Source: Synechococcus sp. A15-28 (GTDB lineage: Bacteria; Cyanobacteriota; Cyanobacteriia; PCC-6307; Cyanobiaceae). Taken from it: DNA of 32,000 nt. This document shows, piece after piece, positions 1-8,303 of this stretch. The notes beneath the pieces were generated by a model. It had not been told where the DNA came from and did no database searches. It was given only the letters and a program-made list of their open reading frames with translations. The stretch spans positions 2,160,001 through 2,192,000 of the forward strand of contig NZ_CP047931.1 in the NCBI RefSeq assembly GCF_014280175.1, given 5' to 3'. The position numbers were made by a program, and so were the translations under genes. Each line of letters begins with the position of its first letter. Within the stretch, counting starts at the first letter, position 1.

Positions 1-1
1 T

Positions 2-1303
2 GCTCTGGAAGTGGTTCTGGGCACGATTGCTGAACTGCGGATCAACAGTGAAGACGAAGCTTTACAGCGGCAGATCCAGGAGCAACTGACCCCTCTGATT
101 GGCAGTGTGCTTCACATCCCCACGCTGGAAAAGGAACTTGCTCGCGCCCGCCGACGAGGAGCTGGAACGATCAAGGGAGGGATGGGACGCCTGGGCAGCG
201 ACCCCACCAAAGCGATGGTGAATCTCACGATTACACCTGCCGAACCGGAACCACTCAACGGAGACATTGCCCTCGGAAACAATGGCAATGTCGGAAGCGG
301 TGAATGGCGTGGTGTCGCCACGCTTCTCCAGAAAGGTCTGATCGAACGAGGGGACACAGCCCTGCTGTTTCTGGAGTTGAACAGCGATGGTGATCTGGAG
401 TTAGGTAGCAAGGTTGCCTCTCTCACCTACACCTACCCTCTCGGGGACAACTGGTCGGTCACAGGGTCCTTCGGCGTCAGCTTCCGCCGCTTTGTGGAAT
501 TTCAGAAGCCGGCTTACAACTTCAGTTTCCGCACACTGCAAGGGCTGCTGCAATTGGAGACAACTCTGCAGGAGTCTGAAAATTTCACATGGACCGCTGC
601 AGCAGCATTCAGCACCAATCGCAGTGACAGCTTCAAATCAGGGCGCAGTTTCCCGCTTGTCAGCGGCGGTGGAAACGATGGCTGGTCTCACAGTGGTTTT
701 CTCAAACTCAGCACCAACGTTGGTGGATTCACCGGACCGCTGTTCTGGAACACCAATGCTTATTTCAGCCAGGGCATTGCCGGAGTGACCCTTGATGAAC
801 ACCTCCACAACTTGGATGTTGCAGGAATTGAACCAGGCGAGGCTCGTGCTGTCGGAGCGCTGACTGACATCGGTTTAAGCCTGTCTCCAACGACCACCGT
901 CAACATCAGATTGGCTGGTCAGCTTGCCTTCAATCGCCTGCCAGGAAGCATGAGCTTCGGTCTCGGCAGTGCTGTAGGCCTACGGGGACTTCCAGGAAGT
1001 CTGATCGGAGGAGATAGTGGATATCTGGCGACTGGGGAAGTTGTTTGGACCCCGTGGCAGAAGGATGAACAAAGGATTTCTCTCATTCCCTACCTGGGTA
1101 TCGGTGGTGTTCACACCGCTACGAGTGTTGCAACTCTGGAAGACAGCATCGGGGTGACCGGGCTGATCGGCCGCTATCAAAACGGCCGATGGGAAGCGGA
1201 ACTCGGCTGGGTCGACACGTTTAAGTCAAACGACAACCCGGGGCTGTGGAACGACTGGATCCTCGGCCACGGGCTGCACACCATGCTCCGTTACAGCTTC
1301 TGA
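2..1303 (+). CDS. ShlB/FhaC/HecB-type (TpsB, Omp85 superfamily) outer-membrane transporter, 5' end cut by window edge
   Basis: The frame is open from nt 2, with no stop before the listed GTG at 11, so the N-terminus lies upstream of the window. After a POTRA-like segment there is a ShlB-type signature (LGNNGNVGSGEWRG ... ERGDTALLF). The protein also shows an alternating beta-strand pattern, the barrel motif GLGSAVGLRGLPGSLIGGDSGY and a terminal aromatic residue (..MLRYSF) typical of OM beta-barrels. Stop TGA 1301-1303. Confidence 0.6.
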   Translation, partial: ALEVVLGTIAELRINSEDEALQRQIQEQLTPLIGSVLHIPTLEKELARARRRGAGTIKGGMGRLGSDPTKAMVNLTITPAEPEPLNGDIALGNNGNVGSGEWRGVATLLQKGLIERGDTALLFLELNSDGDLELGSKVASLTYTYPLGDNWSVTGSFGVSFRRFVEFQKPAYNFSFRTLQGLLQLETTLQESENFTWTAAAAFSTNRSDSFKSGRSFPLVSGGGNDGWSHSGFLKLSTNVGGFTGPLFWNTNAYFSQGIAGVTLDEHLHNLDVAGIEPGEARAVGALTDIGLSLSPTTTVNIRLAGQLAFNRLPGSMSFGLGSAVGLRGLPGSLIGGDSGYLATGEVVWTPWQKDEQRISLIPYLGIGGVHTATSVATLEDSIGVTGLIGRYQNGRWEAELGWVDTFKSNDNPGLWNDWILGHGLHTMLRYSF

Positions 1304-1304
1304 A

Positions 1305-1763
1305 TCAACCCTCGACGCGCCAGCTCTGGTCAGACGGTGTCCAGTCATTGAGTTCGGTCGCACCAAACCAGAGACCAATTTCAAATTCAGCTGTTTCCGG
1401 CGCATCCGATCCATGGATCACATTACGGCCGATGTTGACCGCCAAATCGCCGCGGATGGTGCCGGGCTCAGCTTCAAGAGGCTTGGTGGCCCCGATCAGC
1501 TTGCGGGCACTGGCGATTACCCCATCGCCTTCCCAAACCATCGCCACCACCGGGCCGGAGGTGATGAAGTCAACCAAGCCAGCGAAGAAGGGGCGCTCCT
1601 TGTGGACGCCGTAATGCTGCTCAGCCAGCTCGCGGCTGGGGGTGAGCTGCTTCAGACCAACAAGCTTGAAACCCTTGCGCTCGAAGCGGCCGAGAATTTC
1701 ACCCACCAGCCCGCGCTGGACGCCGTCGGGCTTAATGGCGATGAAGGTACGTTCGGCGGCCAT
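1305..1763 (-). CDS. ndk: nucleoside diphosphate kinase
   Basis: Translation from the ATG at 1763 ([40 protein letters not shown] ... [20 protein letters not shown]) is a full-length NDK with the NxxHGSD active-site motif. The 19 extra residues of the track ORF (to 1820) have no NDK counterpart. Stop TGA 1305-1307 lies 1 nt from the stop of the convergent gene. Confidence 0.95.
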   Translation of the reverse strand: MAAERTFIAIKPDGVQRGLVGEILGRFERKGFKLVGLKQLTPSRELAEQHYGVHKERPFFAGLVDFITSGPVVAMVWEGDGVIASARKLIGATKPLEAEPGTIRGDLAVNIGRNVIHGSDAPETAEFEIGLWFGATELNDWTPSDQSWRVEG

Positions 1764-1867
1764 AAAAAAAGTCCGTGTGTCGCGCCATCGTCCGTGGCCA
1801 CCCTGCCGCTTGGCAAGCACACCATTCCGAACAGTCTCTATCTTTTAGAGATTCTTACCCGCACGCC

Positions 1868-3808
1868 ATGGTCTTGACGGCGGCTGAACGGCCCTGGTCT
1901 GTGGCCCAGAGCGCGGCGTTGTACGGCCTGGAGCGCTGGGGCGATCCCTACTTCTCGATCAACGCCAAAGGACATGTCGTGGTGCAACCACGGGGGGATC
2001 GTGGTGGATCGCTTGATCTTGTGGAGTTACTGCAAGGGCTCGCAGCACGCGATCTGCAAACGCCACTCCTGATCCGATTCGACGACATCCTTGAAGATCG
2101 GCTGGATCGGCTGCATGCGGCGTTCGAACGGGCCATTGCCCATTACGCCTACGACGGTGTCTATCAGGGTGTGTTTCCAATCAAATGCAACCAGCAACGC
2201 CATGTGGTGGAACATCTGGTGGATCGAGGCAGCCGCTGGAATTTCGGCCTTGAGGCAGGAAGCAAAGCGGAACTTCTGATCGCGCTGTCGCTCACCTCCA
2301 ATCCCGAAGCTCTGCTGATCTGCAACGGCTACAAGGATCGTCGATACATCGAAACCGCCATCCTGGCCAGACAACTCGGCCATCAACCGGTGGTGGTGAT
2401 CGAGCAGGCCGATGAGGTGGAACGGATCATCCAGGCCAGCAAGGCTCTTGGAGCCTCACCTTTTCTTGGCATTCGAGCCAAGTTGTCCAGCCGCAGTACA
2501 GGTCGCTGGGGCAGCTCTGTAGGAGAGCGAGCCAAGTTTGGTCTTGATCTCACCGAAATGCTGCAGACCGTCCGTGCCCTGGAGGCCGCCGGGTTGCTGC
2601 AGGACCTTCGCCTGCTCCACTTCCACATCGGCAGCCAGATCAACGACATCGCTGTTTTGAAAGATGCTTTGCAAGAAGCCGGTCAGATCTATGTAGAGCT
2701 GACACGTCTCGGAGCCCCGATGGGGTACCTCGATGTAGGAGGAGGTCTGGGCATCGACTACGACGGCAGTCGCACCGCCTCGGCGGCATCCACCAATTAC
2801 TCGCTTCAGAACTACGCCAACGACGTGGTGGCCACCGTGCGGGAATGCTGCGAAGCCCATCAGGTGCAGGTTCCAACCCTGGTCAGTGAAAGCGGTCGGG
2901 CCATTGCCAGCCACTTTTCAGTGCTGGTGTTCGACATTCTTGGCTGCAGCCAAACCCCGACCGAAGAACCTTCAGCGGCGGTCGATGAACCCCTCACCGT
3001 TCGCAACCTGAGGGAGACCCTTCACAGGATTCGTGAGGTCAAGGGGGAGTCCGATCCCGAGATGCAACTGCTGCAGGAAAGCTGGAATGACGCCGTGAAA
3101 TTCCGCGATGACGCCCTGTCGGCGTTCCGTCTCGGCTACATCCGCCTGGAGCAGCGCGCCATGGCCGAGCAACTCACCTGGTGCTGTGCCCGAGAGATCA
3201 ACCGCAGGCTGCCAACCAAGGCCCCGATCCACGAGGATCTTCGCGGCCTGCAACGGGCGCTGGCCTGCACGTATTACGCAAATTTGTCCGTTTTCAGGTC
3301 AGCACCGGACACCTGGGCCATCGATCAGCTCTTCCCTCTCATGCCGGTTCATCGTCTCGATGAACAGCCAACGGAGCTTGGTCACTTCGCCGATCTCACC
3401 TGCGATTCCGACGGCAAACTCGCCAACTTCATCGACGCCGGCCAGAGCAAAAGCCTTTTGGAACTGCACCCTCTCAAAGATGGAGAGCAGTACTGGATCG
3501 GACTCTTCCTCGGGGGTGCCTACCAAGAGGTCATGGGCAATCTCCACAATCTGTTTGGCAGCACCAGTGCCGTTCATGTTCGATTAAACCCCCGGGGCAA
3601 TGGCTACCTGCTGGACCACGTCCTCAAAGGGGACACCAACGCTGATGTTCTTGAGGAGATGCAGCATGACCCGGAGCTGATGCTTGAGCGGCTCCGACAG
3701 TCCTCTGAAGCTGCAATCCAGGGAGGAACATTGCAAATCGAAGACGCCAGGCTGCTGATCAGCCATCTCAGAGCCAGTCTGGATCAAACGACCTATCTCC
3801 AGGGATGA
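1868..3808 (+). CDS. speA: biosynthetic arginine decarboxylase (PLP-dependent)
   Basis: 646 aa from the ATG at 1868 (MVLTAAERPWSVAQSAALYGLERWGDPYFSIN). It carries SpeA-type motifs throughout: VFPIKCNQQ (PLP lysine), HFHIGSQ, LDVGGGLGIDYDG, ESGRAIASH and a C-terminal GGAYQEVMGNLHNLFG. The upstream 31 codons of the track ORF overlap the ndk promoter region and were dropped. Confidence 0.93.
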   Translation: MVLTAAERPWSVAQSAALYGLERWGDPYFSINAKGHVVVQPRGDRGGSLDLVELLQGLAARDLQTPLLIRFDDILEDRLDRLHAAFERAIAHYAYDGVYQGVFPIKCNQQRHVVEHLVDRGSRWNFGLEAGSKAELLIALSLTSNPEALLICNGYKDRRYIETAILARQLGHQPVVVIEQADEVERIIQASKALGASPFLGIRAKLSSRSTGRWGSSVGERAKFGLDLTEMLQTVRALEAAGLLQDLRLLHFHIGSQINDIAVLKDALQEAGQIYVELTRLGAPMGYLDVGGGLGIDYDGSRTASAASTNYSLQNYANDVVATVRECCEAHQVQVPTLVSESGRAIASHFSVLVFDILGCSQTPTEEPSAAVDEPLTVRNLRETLHRIREVKGESDPEMQLLQESWNDAVKFRDDALSAFRLGYIRLEQRAMAEQLTWCCAREINRRLPTKAPIHEDLRGLQRALACTYYANLSVFRSAPDTWAIDQLFPLMPVHRLDEQPTELGHFADLTCDSDGKLANFIDAGQSKSLLELHPLKDGEQYWIGLFLGGAYQEVMGNLHNLFGSTSAVHVRLNPRGNGYLLDHVLKGDTNADVLEEMQHDPELMLERLRQSSEAAIQGGTLQIEDARLLISHLRASLDQTTYLQG

Positions 3809-5697
3809 AACGCGTCAGAGGCCTGCTGCAACGCATCGCTCCCTATACGGCAGCGATCGTCGCACTGCTCCTGCTGCGCAGCACCGGATTGGCTCAAACC
3901 ATTGACCTCGTGGTCTATGACCTGATCACGACTCAACGCCCCGCTGCCTCAGGCAAGGACACGCCAATCACCCTGATCGGTATTGAAGAAAGCGACATTC
4001 AGCGCTTTGGCTGGCCCATCGATGATGGGCTGTTCTGCCAAGGATTTGATCAGCTCAACGCCAGCGGAGTCGACGTCATTGGCTTCGACATCTATCGGGA
4101 CAAAGGCGTCGGACCAGATCAACAATGCCTGCGTGATCGCTTCCAAAACGAACCGACGCTGGTATCGATCTTCAATGTCGCCTCAGGCATTGGTCCGGTA
4201 CCGGGGACACCGGTTGAGCGGCAGTCCTACAACGATCTGAGCCTGGATGCCGACGGAATTCTTCGCCGTGATCTGGTCCATGTCACGGGTCAAGATGAAG
4301 CCACGGTGTCCTTCGCCATGCGGGTGATGGAAATTGCCACAGGTGACCGAAGCCTGCGGGAAGCGATGGATGCTGGCAGGCACGAGGACGCCTGGCTCAG
4401 CGCGAATGGAGGTGGCTACTACAACGAAGTGGATGCTGGTCTGGGACTGCAGACGCTGCTGCGCTTCAGAGATCCCTGGAGCTATCCCCTCTATTCACTC
4501 GCCCAATTGCTGGACGGGGAAATCCCCGAAGACGCGATTCGCGACAAAATCGTTCTAATCGGCAGCACGGCACCCTCTCTTAGGGACCTGTTCAACGTGC
4601 CCCAAACCCGCTTCACCCGAAGCGAAGAGGTGTTTCAGGTGTCCGGTGTAGAAATTCACGCCAATCGCGTCGCCACGCTGCTCGAACACCAGGACGGCAG
4701 CATTCAGGTCGGCTGGATCATGCCGGGCTGGGGCAATCAGATGCTGTTGGTCCTCTGCATCGGCCTCGGAGCACTCCTTGGCGAGGCAGTGCCCAAACTG
4801 CGGCGCAGCGTTGTTTTGGTGCTGGGACTCGGTGCTGCTTTGACCGGCGGTATCGGTTGGCTTCTCTGGCAGCAACATGTCTGGGTGGGCATGGCGATGC
4901 CAATAACAGGCTTGCTGAGCATGGGTGGGGCCGCCTGGATGCGACGGGGCGCCATGAGCCAGCAACATTCTCAACAGATCAAACAACTGCTCGGGCAAAC
5001 AACATCCCCGGCGGTGGCTGATCAGCTGTGGAACCAGCGCGATGAACTGCTGAGCAACGGACGCTTCGATGGCCGGCAGTTACCGATCACCGTGCTGTTC
5101 ACAGACACAGCCAACTTCACGAGCGTTTCGGAAGGGCTCAGTCCCCGTGAACTAATGGATTGGTTGAATCGAGGGATGGAAGTCTGTGTTCCCGCTGTGA
5201 CCCGGCGCGGTGGGATGGTGAACAAATTCACCGGTGATGGCATGCTTGCCGTGTTTGGGGTGCCTATTGAACAGGACGTCCAAGCCGAAGCCACAGCAGC
5301 CATCGAAGCCGCGCAGGAAATCAAGGCCGGATTGGAGAAGCTAAACCAACAGCTCCAAATCGATGGCGAGCCCGCGATGCGGATCCGAATGGGCATCCAC
5401 TCCGGCGATGCCCTGGTGGGTTCGATGGGAAGCCCTGAACGCATTGAATATGCAGTCATCGGCGACACCGTGAACTGCGCCTCCAGACTGGAAAGTCTGG
5501 ACAAACAGCGGCACAAAGGTGTGCTGCGGGTGTTGCTTTCCAGCAACACCCTGGACCTGCTGGAACCTGACTTCCGCAAGCAATTAGAACTGGAAAACTG
5601 GGGGCCGATGCACGTCAAGGGGCGAGACGAGCCCCTTGATGTTCATGAACTCAAGATGGACACCGCACCGGAAGCACCTGAGGCCACTCAGCCGTAA
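3805..5697 (+). CDS. CHASE2-sensor class III adenylate cyclase (membrane-bound)
   Basis: An N-terminal TM/signal helix is followed by a periplasmic CHASE2-like region (IDLVVYDL, ITLIGIEESDIQRFGWP) and three TM helices (about aa 310-385). The cyclase domain follows (ITVLFTDTANFTSVSE, VNKFTGDGMLAVFG, RMGIHSGDALVGSMG, AVIGDTVNCASRLE). The Lys in NKFTGDG and the Asp in GDTVN match the adenine-specifying pair. ATG 3805 overlaps the speA stop (ATGA). Confidence 0.85.
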   Translation: MKRVRGLLQRIAPYTAAIVALLLLRSTGLAQTIDLVVYDLITTQRPAASGKDTPITLIGIEESDIQRFGWPIDDGLFCQGFDQLNASGVDVIGFDIYRDKGVGPDQQCLRDRFQNEPTLVSIFNVASGIGPVPGTPVERQSYNDLSLDADGILRRDLVHVTGQDEATVSFAMRVMEIATGDRSLREAMDAGRHEDAWLSANGGGYYNEVDAGLGLQTLLRFRDPWSYPLYSLAQLLDGEIPEDAIRDKIVLIGSTAPSLRDLFNVPQTRFTRSEEVFQVSGVEIHANRVATLLEHQDGSIQVGWIMPGWGNQMLLVLCIGLGALLGEAVPKLRRSVVLVLGLGAALTGGIGWLLWQQHVWVGMAMPITGLLSMGGAAWMRRGAMSQQHSQQIKQLLGQTTSPAVADQLWNQRDELLSNGRFDGRQLPITVLFTDTANFTSVSEGLSPRELMDWLNRGMEVCVPAVTRRGGMVNKFTGDGMLAVFGVPIEQDVQAEATAAIEAAQEIKAGLEKLNQQLQIDGEPAMRIRMGIHSGDALVGSMGSPERIEYAVIGDTVNCASRLESLDKQRHKGVLRVLLSSNTLDLLEPDFRKQLELENWGPMHVKGRDEPLDVHELKMDTAPEAPEATQP

Positions 5698-6286
5698 CGA
5701 TGTCTCCCAGTCCGAATTGATCCAGGGTTGCCCGAGCCGGCACGGTGGCACCACAGCTTTGACGCAGCTTCTTCAAAGCAGCTTGAACGGGAGCATCACT
5801 GGCATCGGGCTCTGGCACCAGGAGGCTGACGGCTGGAGGAGAAGCCGTTTCCACAAAAGACAGTGGGTCAGCGCTGGCCGCACCGTCGGCGGATGCACAA
5901 TCAAATTCAGACTCCCAGATCGTGGGGGTGCTGATGCTGGAACCACTTATCAAGATCAGTGCAGCGGGCGCCGCAGGGAGAGTCTGTGTGCTGGAAGCCC
6001 CTTCTGACTCTGGTTTCAAGCTGATCTTGAGACTGACGGGGTTGGCTGTTGGTCCCTGCACCAATCCCAGCTCAGATGAAGCTCCTGGAGCAAAGACACT
6101 GCTATCAGGCACAAGATGAGCCAGGATTCGGGCGCTGCATTCTCCCCGCGTACCACCACCGACCCTTCGACCAGGGAAACTACTTCTCAGATTGGCCTGG
6201 GCTACTGCAGTCAGCGGCATGATGCCCTGCAGGATGGCGAGTCCTGCTCCCATCAGGAGGCATGACTTAGCTGGAGATGCCGTCAT
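5651..6286 (-). CDS. DUF928-family secreted protein
   Basis: ATG at 6286 gives MTASPAKSCLLMGAGLAILQGIMPLTAVAQA, a signal peptide with an AQA cleavage motif. It is followed by the DUF928-type N-terminal signature FPGRRVGGGTRGEC. The track start at 6295 is TTG. The 3' end overlaps the convergent cyclase gene by 47 nt (5651-5697). Confidence 0.6.
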   Translation of the reverse strand: MTASPAKSCLLMGAGLAILQGIMPLTAVAQANLRSSFPGRRVGGGTRGECSARILAHLVPDSSVFAPGASSELGLVQGPTANPVSLKISLKPESEGASSTQTLPAAPAALILISGSSISTPTIWESEFDCASADGAASADPLSFVETASPPAVSLLVPEPDASDAPVQAALKKLRQSCGATVPARATLDQFGLGDIVTAEWPQVLPVRCPS

Positions 6287-6367
6287 ATCGAGCAAAGAAA
6301 CTCAGACCCAGCCTGGCAAAAACCGCAAATCTTGGCAAAAAAGCGGTCGGCAAATTGGGCAGAGAAC

Positions 6368-7861
6368 TCAAGAGTTCATGAGCTTGCTGAAGGTCTGAGT
6401 CATGCGTTCGACCAAACCCATCTCGAATGTTTTCTTCTCTTCTGCCGTAAAGGTCTTCAAGTTGGCTTCTCGCGTGGCCATCACCTTGGCAAATTCAGCC
6501 ATAGCAGCCTGATTGTTGAGGAAAACAGCTTCTATTTGACGCTGACTAATTTCCTGAAGCTTCACATGGCCGATTGCTTTGATCCAAGCGGTGCGCGGTG
6601 CATCCGTGAGAGCCGAGATCTCTCCAAAAATCGTTCCAGACTTGAGTTGCGCGACTTCCATCATGGAGGCCGAATCGGATGGATCCGGGATGAGGACTGC
6701 GCAGCTTCCTTCCATGATCACAAACATCGAACCACCAACCTCTCCTTTCTTCACCACCAGCTCTCCTGGGCCAAAACCAAGCAGGCGATCGTTGGACACA
6801 ATGCTTCTGATTTCATCATCTGACAACGAAAAGAAGAGCTCGATATCCCTAAGCTTATGAAAACTTTTTTCCTGTGCCTCGCCACTCCGACGGATCTGCA
6901 ACTGCCGTAGAGACCGTTCAGTACGCAAATCAAGAGTTGAATGTGGTAGTGAATATCCAGCACGTTCTATGGCATACCAAACACTGGAAAAAATCTCAGT
7001 TCGAATTCTGTTGCGGCCCGCAAAGTCGGCAATGAAGAATTTAAGTGCATAGTTAATTGAGTCACTATCAACCGATCGGATACCAACTGCATTCCGCTCT
7101 TTGTTAATGATTTGAATATGGGAATTTAAAATCTCCTTCAAGACCTGCATTGCCTGACCAGGAGGCATGGCCAATGGGAGACCGATTTCAACTTCAAATC
7201 TATATTCACCGTGAGAGGGACGAGAGTAATTAATGGTTTTACTACGATCAATGAGGGAGTTGGGGACAACGATGTAGCGATCATCCGTATCGTCGTAAAG
7301 ATACGTACTGTTCCACGAAATGTTTTCAACCCGACCCAACTCACCGGCTATTTCAACCCAGTCACCAACGACATATTGACGCTCGACCTGAACAGCAAGA
7401 GCCGATGAGATGTTCCCGATCTGCGTAGCGGAGCCCGGGCCAACGATGAAAGCAAGGCCGCCAAGAACTGCTGCAGAACCTACCGTTGTTAAGAGACCCT
7501 GGCTATTGAGCTCGGTCGCCACAACGGCAAAAGTAGCAGCCACAAGGGCCAAGTCCTTCAAGATCCGTGGTGGCGCTACCTTTCTAGGGCTGAGACGGAT
7601 GAGCAGCACCCACACCACATCAAGGCCCAGCTCTACGAAGGCGACATAGAGACCGGTTTTGGCTATTACAGCGATCCAATTAACAATGTCTCCCTCAAGC
7701 CCTGAGGCTGTTACCACATTGCTCACAAGAGCCGCAGCGAGAGACACACGGAAAAACACCATGCTGGGGATGAAGCGACTCAGTCGCGTTCGCCCTTGCT
7801 GACGCATACGCCCGAACAGGAATGTCAGCAGAAAAAGAAGAAGTAGAAGCAAACTTCCCAT
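6368..7861 (-). CDS. MscS-family mechanosensitive channel with C-terminal cyclic-nucleotide-binding domain (bCNG-type)
   Basis: N-terminal TM helices are followed by the MscS beta-domain (VGDWVEIAGELGRVENISWNSTYLYDDTDDRYIVVPNSLI). The C-terminus is a cNMP-binding domain with an intact phosphate-binding cassette (GTIFGEISALTDAPRTAWIKA). ATG 7859-7861, TGA 6368-6370. The gene lies in markedly low-GC DNA. Confidence 0.85.
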   Translation of the reverse strand: MGSLLLLLLFLLTFLFGRMRQQGRTRLSRFIPSMVFFRVSLAAALVSNVVTASGLEGDIVNWIAVIAKTGLYVAFVELGLDVVWVLLIRLSPRKVAPPRILKDLALVAATFAVVATELNSQGLLTTVGSAAVLGGLAFIVGPGSATQIGNISSALAVQVERQYVVGDWVEIAGELGRVENISWNSTYLYDDTDDRYIVVPNSLIDRSKTINYSRPSHGEYRFEVEIGLPLAMPPGQAMQVLKEILNSHIQIINKERNAVGIRSVDSDSINYALKFFIADFAGRNRIRTEIFSSVWYAIERAGYSLPHSTLDLRTERSLRQLQIRRSGEAQEKSFHKLRDIELFFSLSDDEIRSIVSNDRLLGFGPGELVVKKGEVGGSMFVIMEGSCAVLIPDPSDSASMMEVAQLKSGTIFGEISALTDAPRTAWIKAIGHVKLQEISQRQIEAVFLNNQAAMAEFAKVMATREANLKTFTAEEKKTFEMGLVERMTQTFSKLMNS

Positions 7862-7892
7862 CGTTCCTTGCCCGTCTAAATTCAGAGTTGAA

Positions 7893-8252
7893 TCATCGAA
7901 TAATCATCACACATAGTACCCAAACCAACTTGCAGCCCCAGTGCAGGATTTGATCAATGATGAGCTTGTAACCGAGCCTACATTTTCCGAAGTCAATCAA
8001 GAAATGACAGACCATTTCTGCCACCCCCAAGGCAGGGATGCCTGTCAGAAGGGCAACAAAAAACCCATGGGTGCCAGTGTGGGCTGAGAGCCACCAGCGC
8101 CAGTTCAGAGTCACGTCCTTGCCAGGACATTTCTCCACCGCCATTTTGTCGCCCTGCAAAGGGAAATCAGCTACAAAGTGACCAAGCAGCAAAAGGATGA
8201 GCAGGTTCAACGGGTGCTCTGCCGATACAAAAGAAAGAGTCATGCCGCTCAT
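7893..8252 (-). CDS. DUF3307-family small membrane protein
   Basis: 119 aa, hydrophobic, with two HxxxDF motifs (GHFVADFPLQ and CHFLIDFGK) as in DUF3307. It sits 31 nt upstream of the MscS gene on the same strand, with the same low GC. The start could be the ATG at 8252 or at 8243. Confidence 0.55.
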   Translation of the reverse strand: MSGMTLSFVSAEHPLNLLILLLLGHFVADFPLQGDKMAVEKCPGKDVTLNWRWWLSAHTGTHGFFVALLTGIPALGVAEMVCHFLIDFGKCRLGYKLIIDQILHWGCKLVWVLCVMIIR

Positions 8253-8303
8253 CTTTTAGGTATTCCCATCGTGGCTGCTGCCGCTGCGAATTCAAGTCAA
8301 GTC

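Noticed and set aside
6314-6355. Repeated TGGCAAA/CGGCAAA motifs reminiscent of a sigma-54 -24 element in the DUF928 upstream spacer
   Set aside because: Cyanobacteria lack sigma-54. The motifs are on the strand opposite the DUF928 gene, and their spacing is irregular (10, 9 and 15 nt).
7871-7911. Fur/Zur-like AT-rich motif TGAATCATCGAATAATCATCA upstream of the MscS gene
   Set aside because: It matches only about 10 of 19 positions of the classical Fur box when aligned by eye. It also lies partly inside the DUF3307 coding end in generally AT-rich islet DNA.
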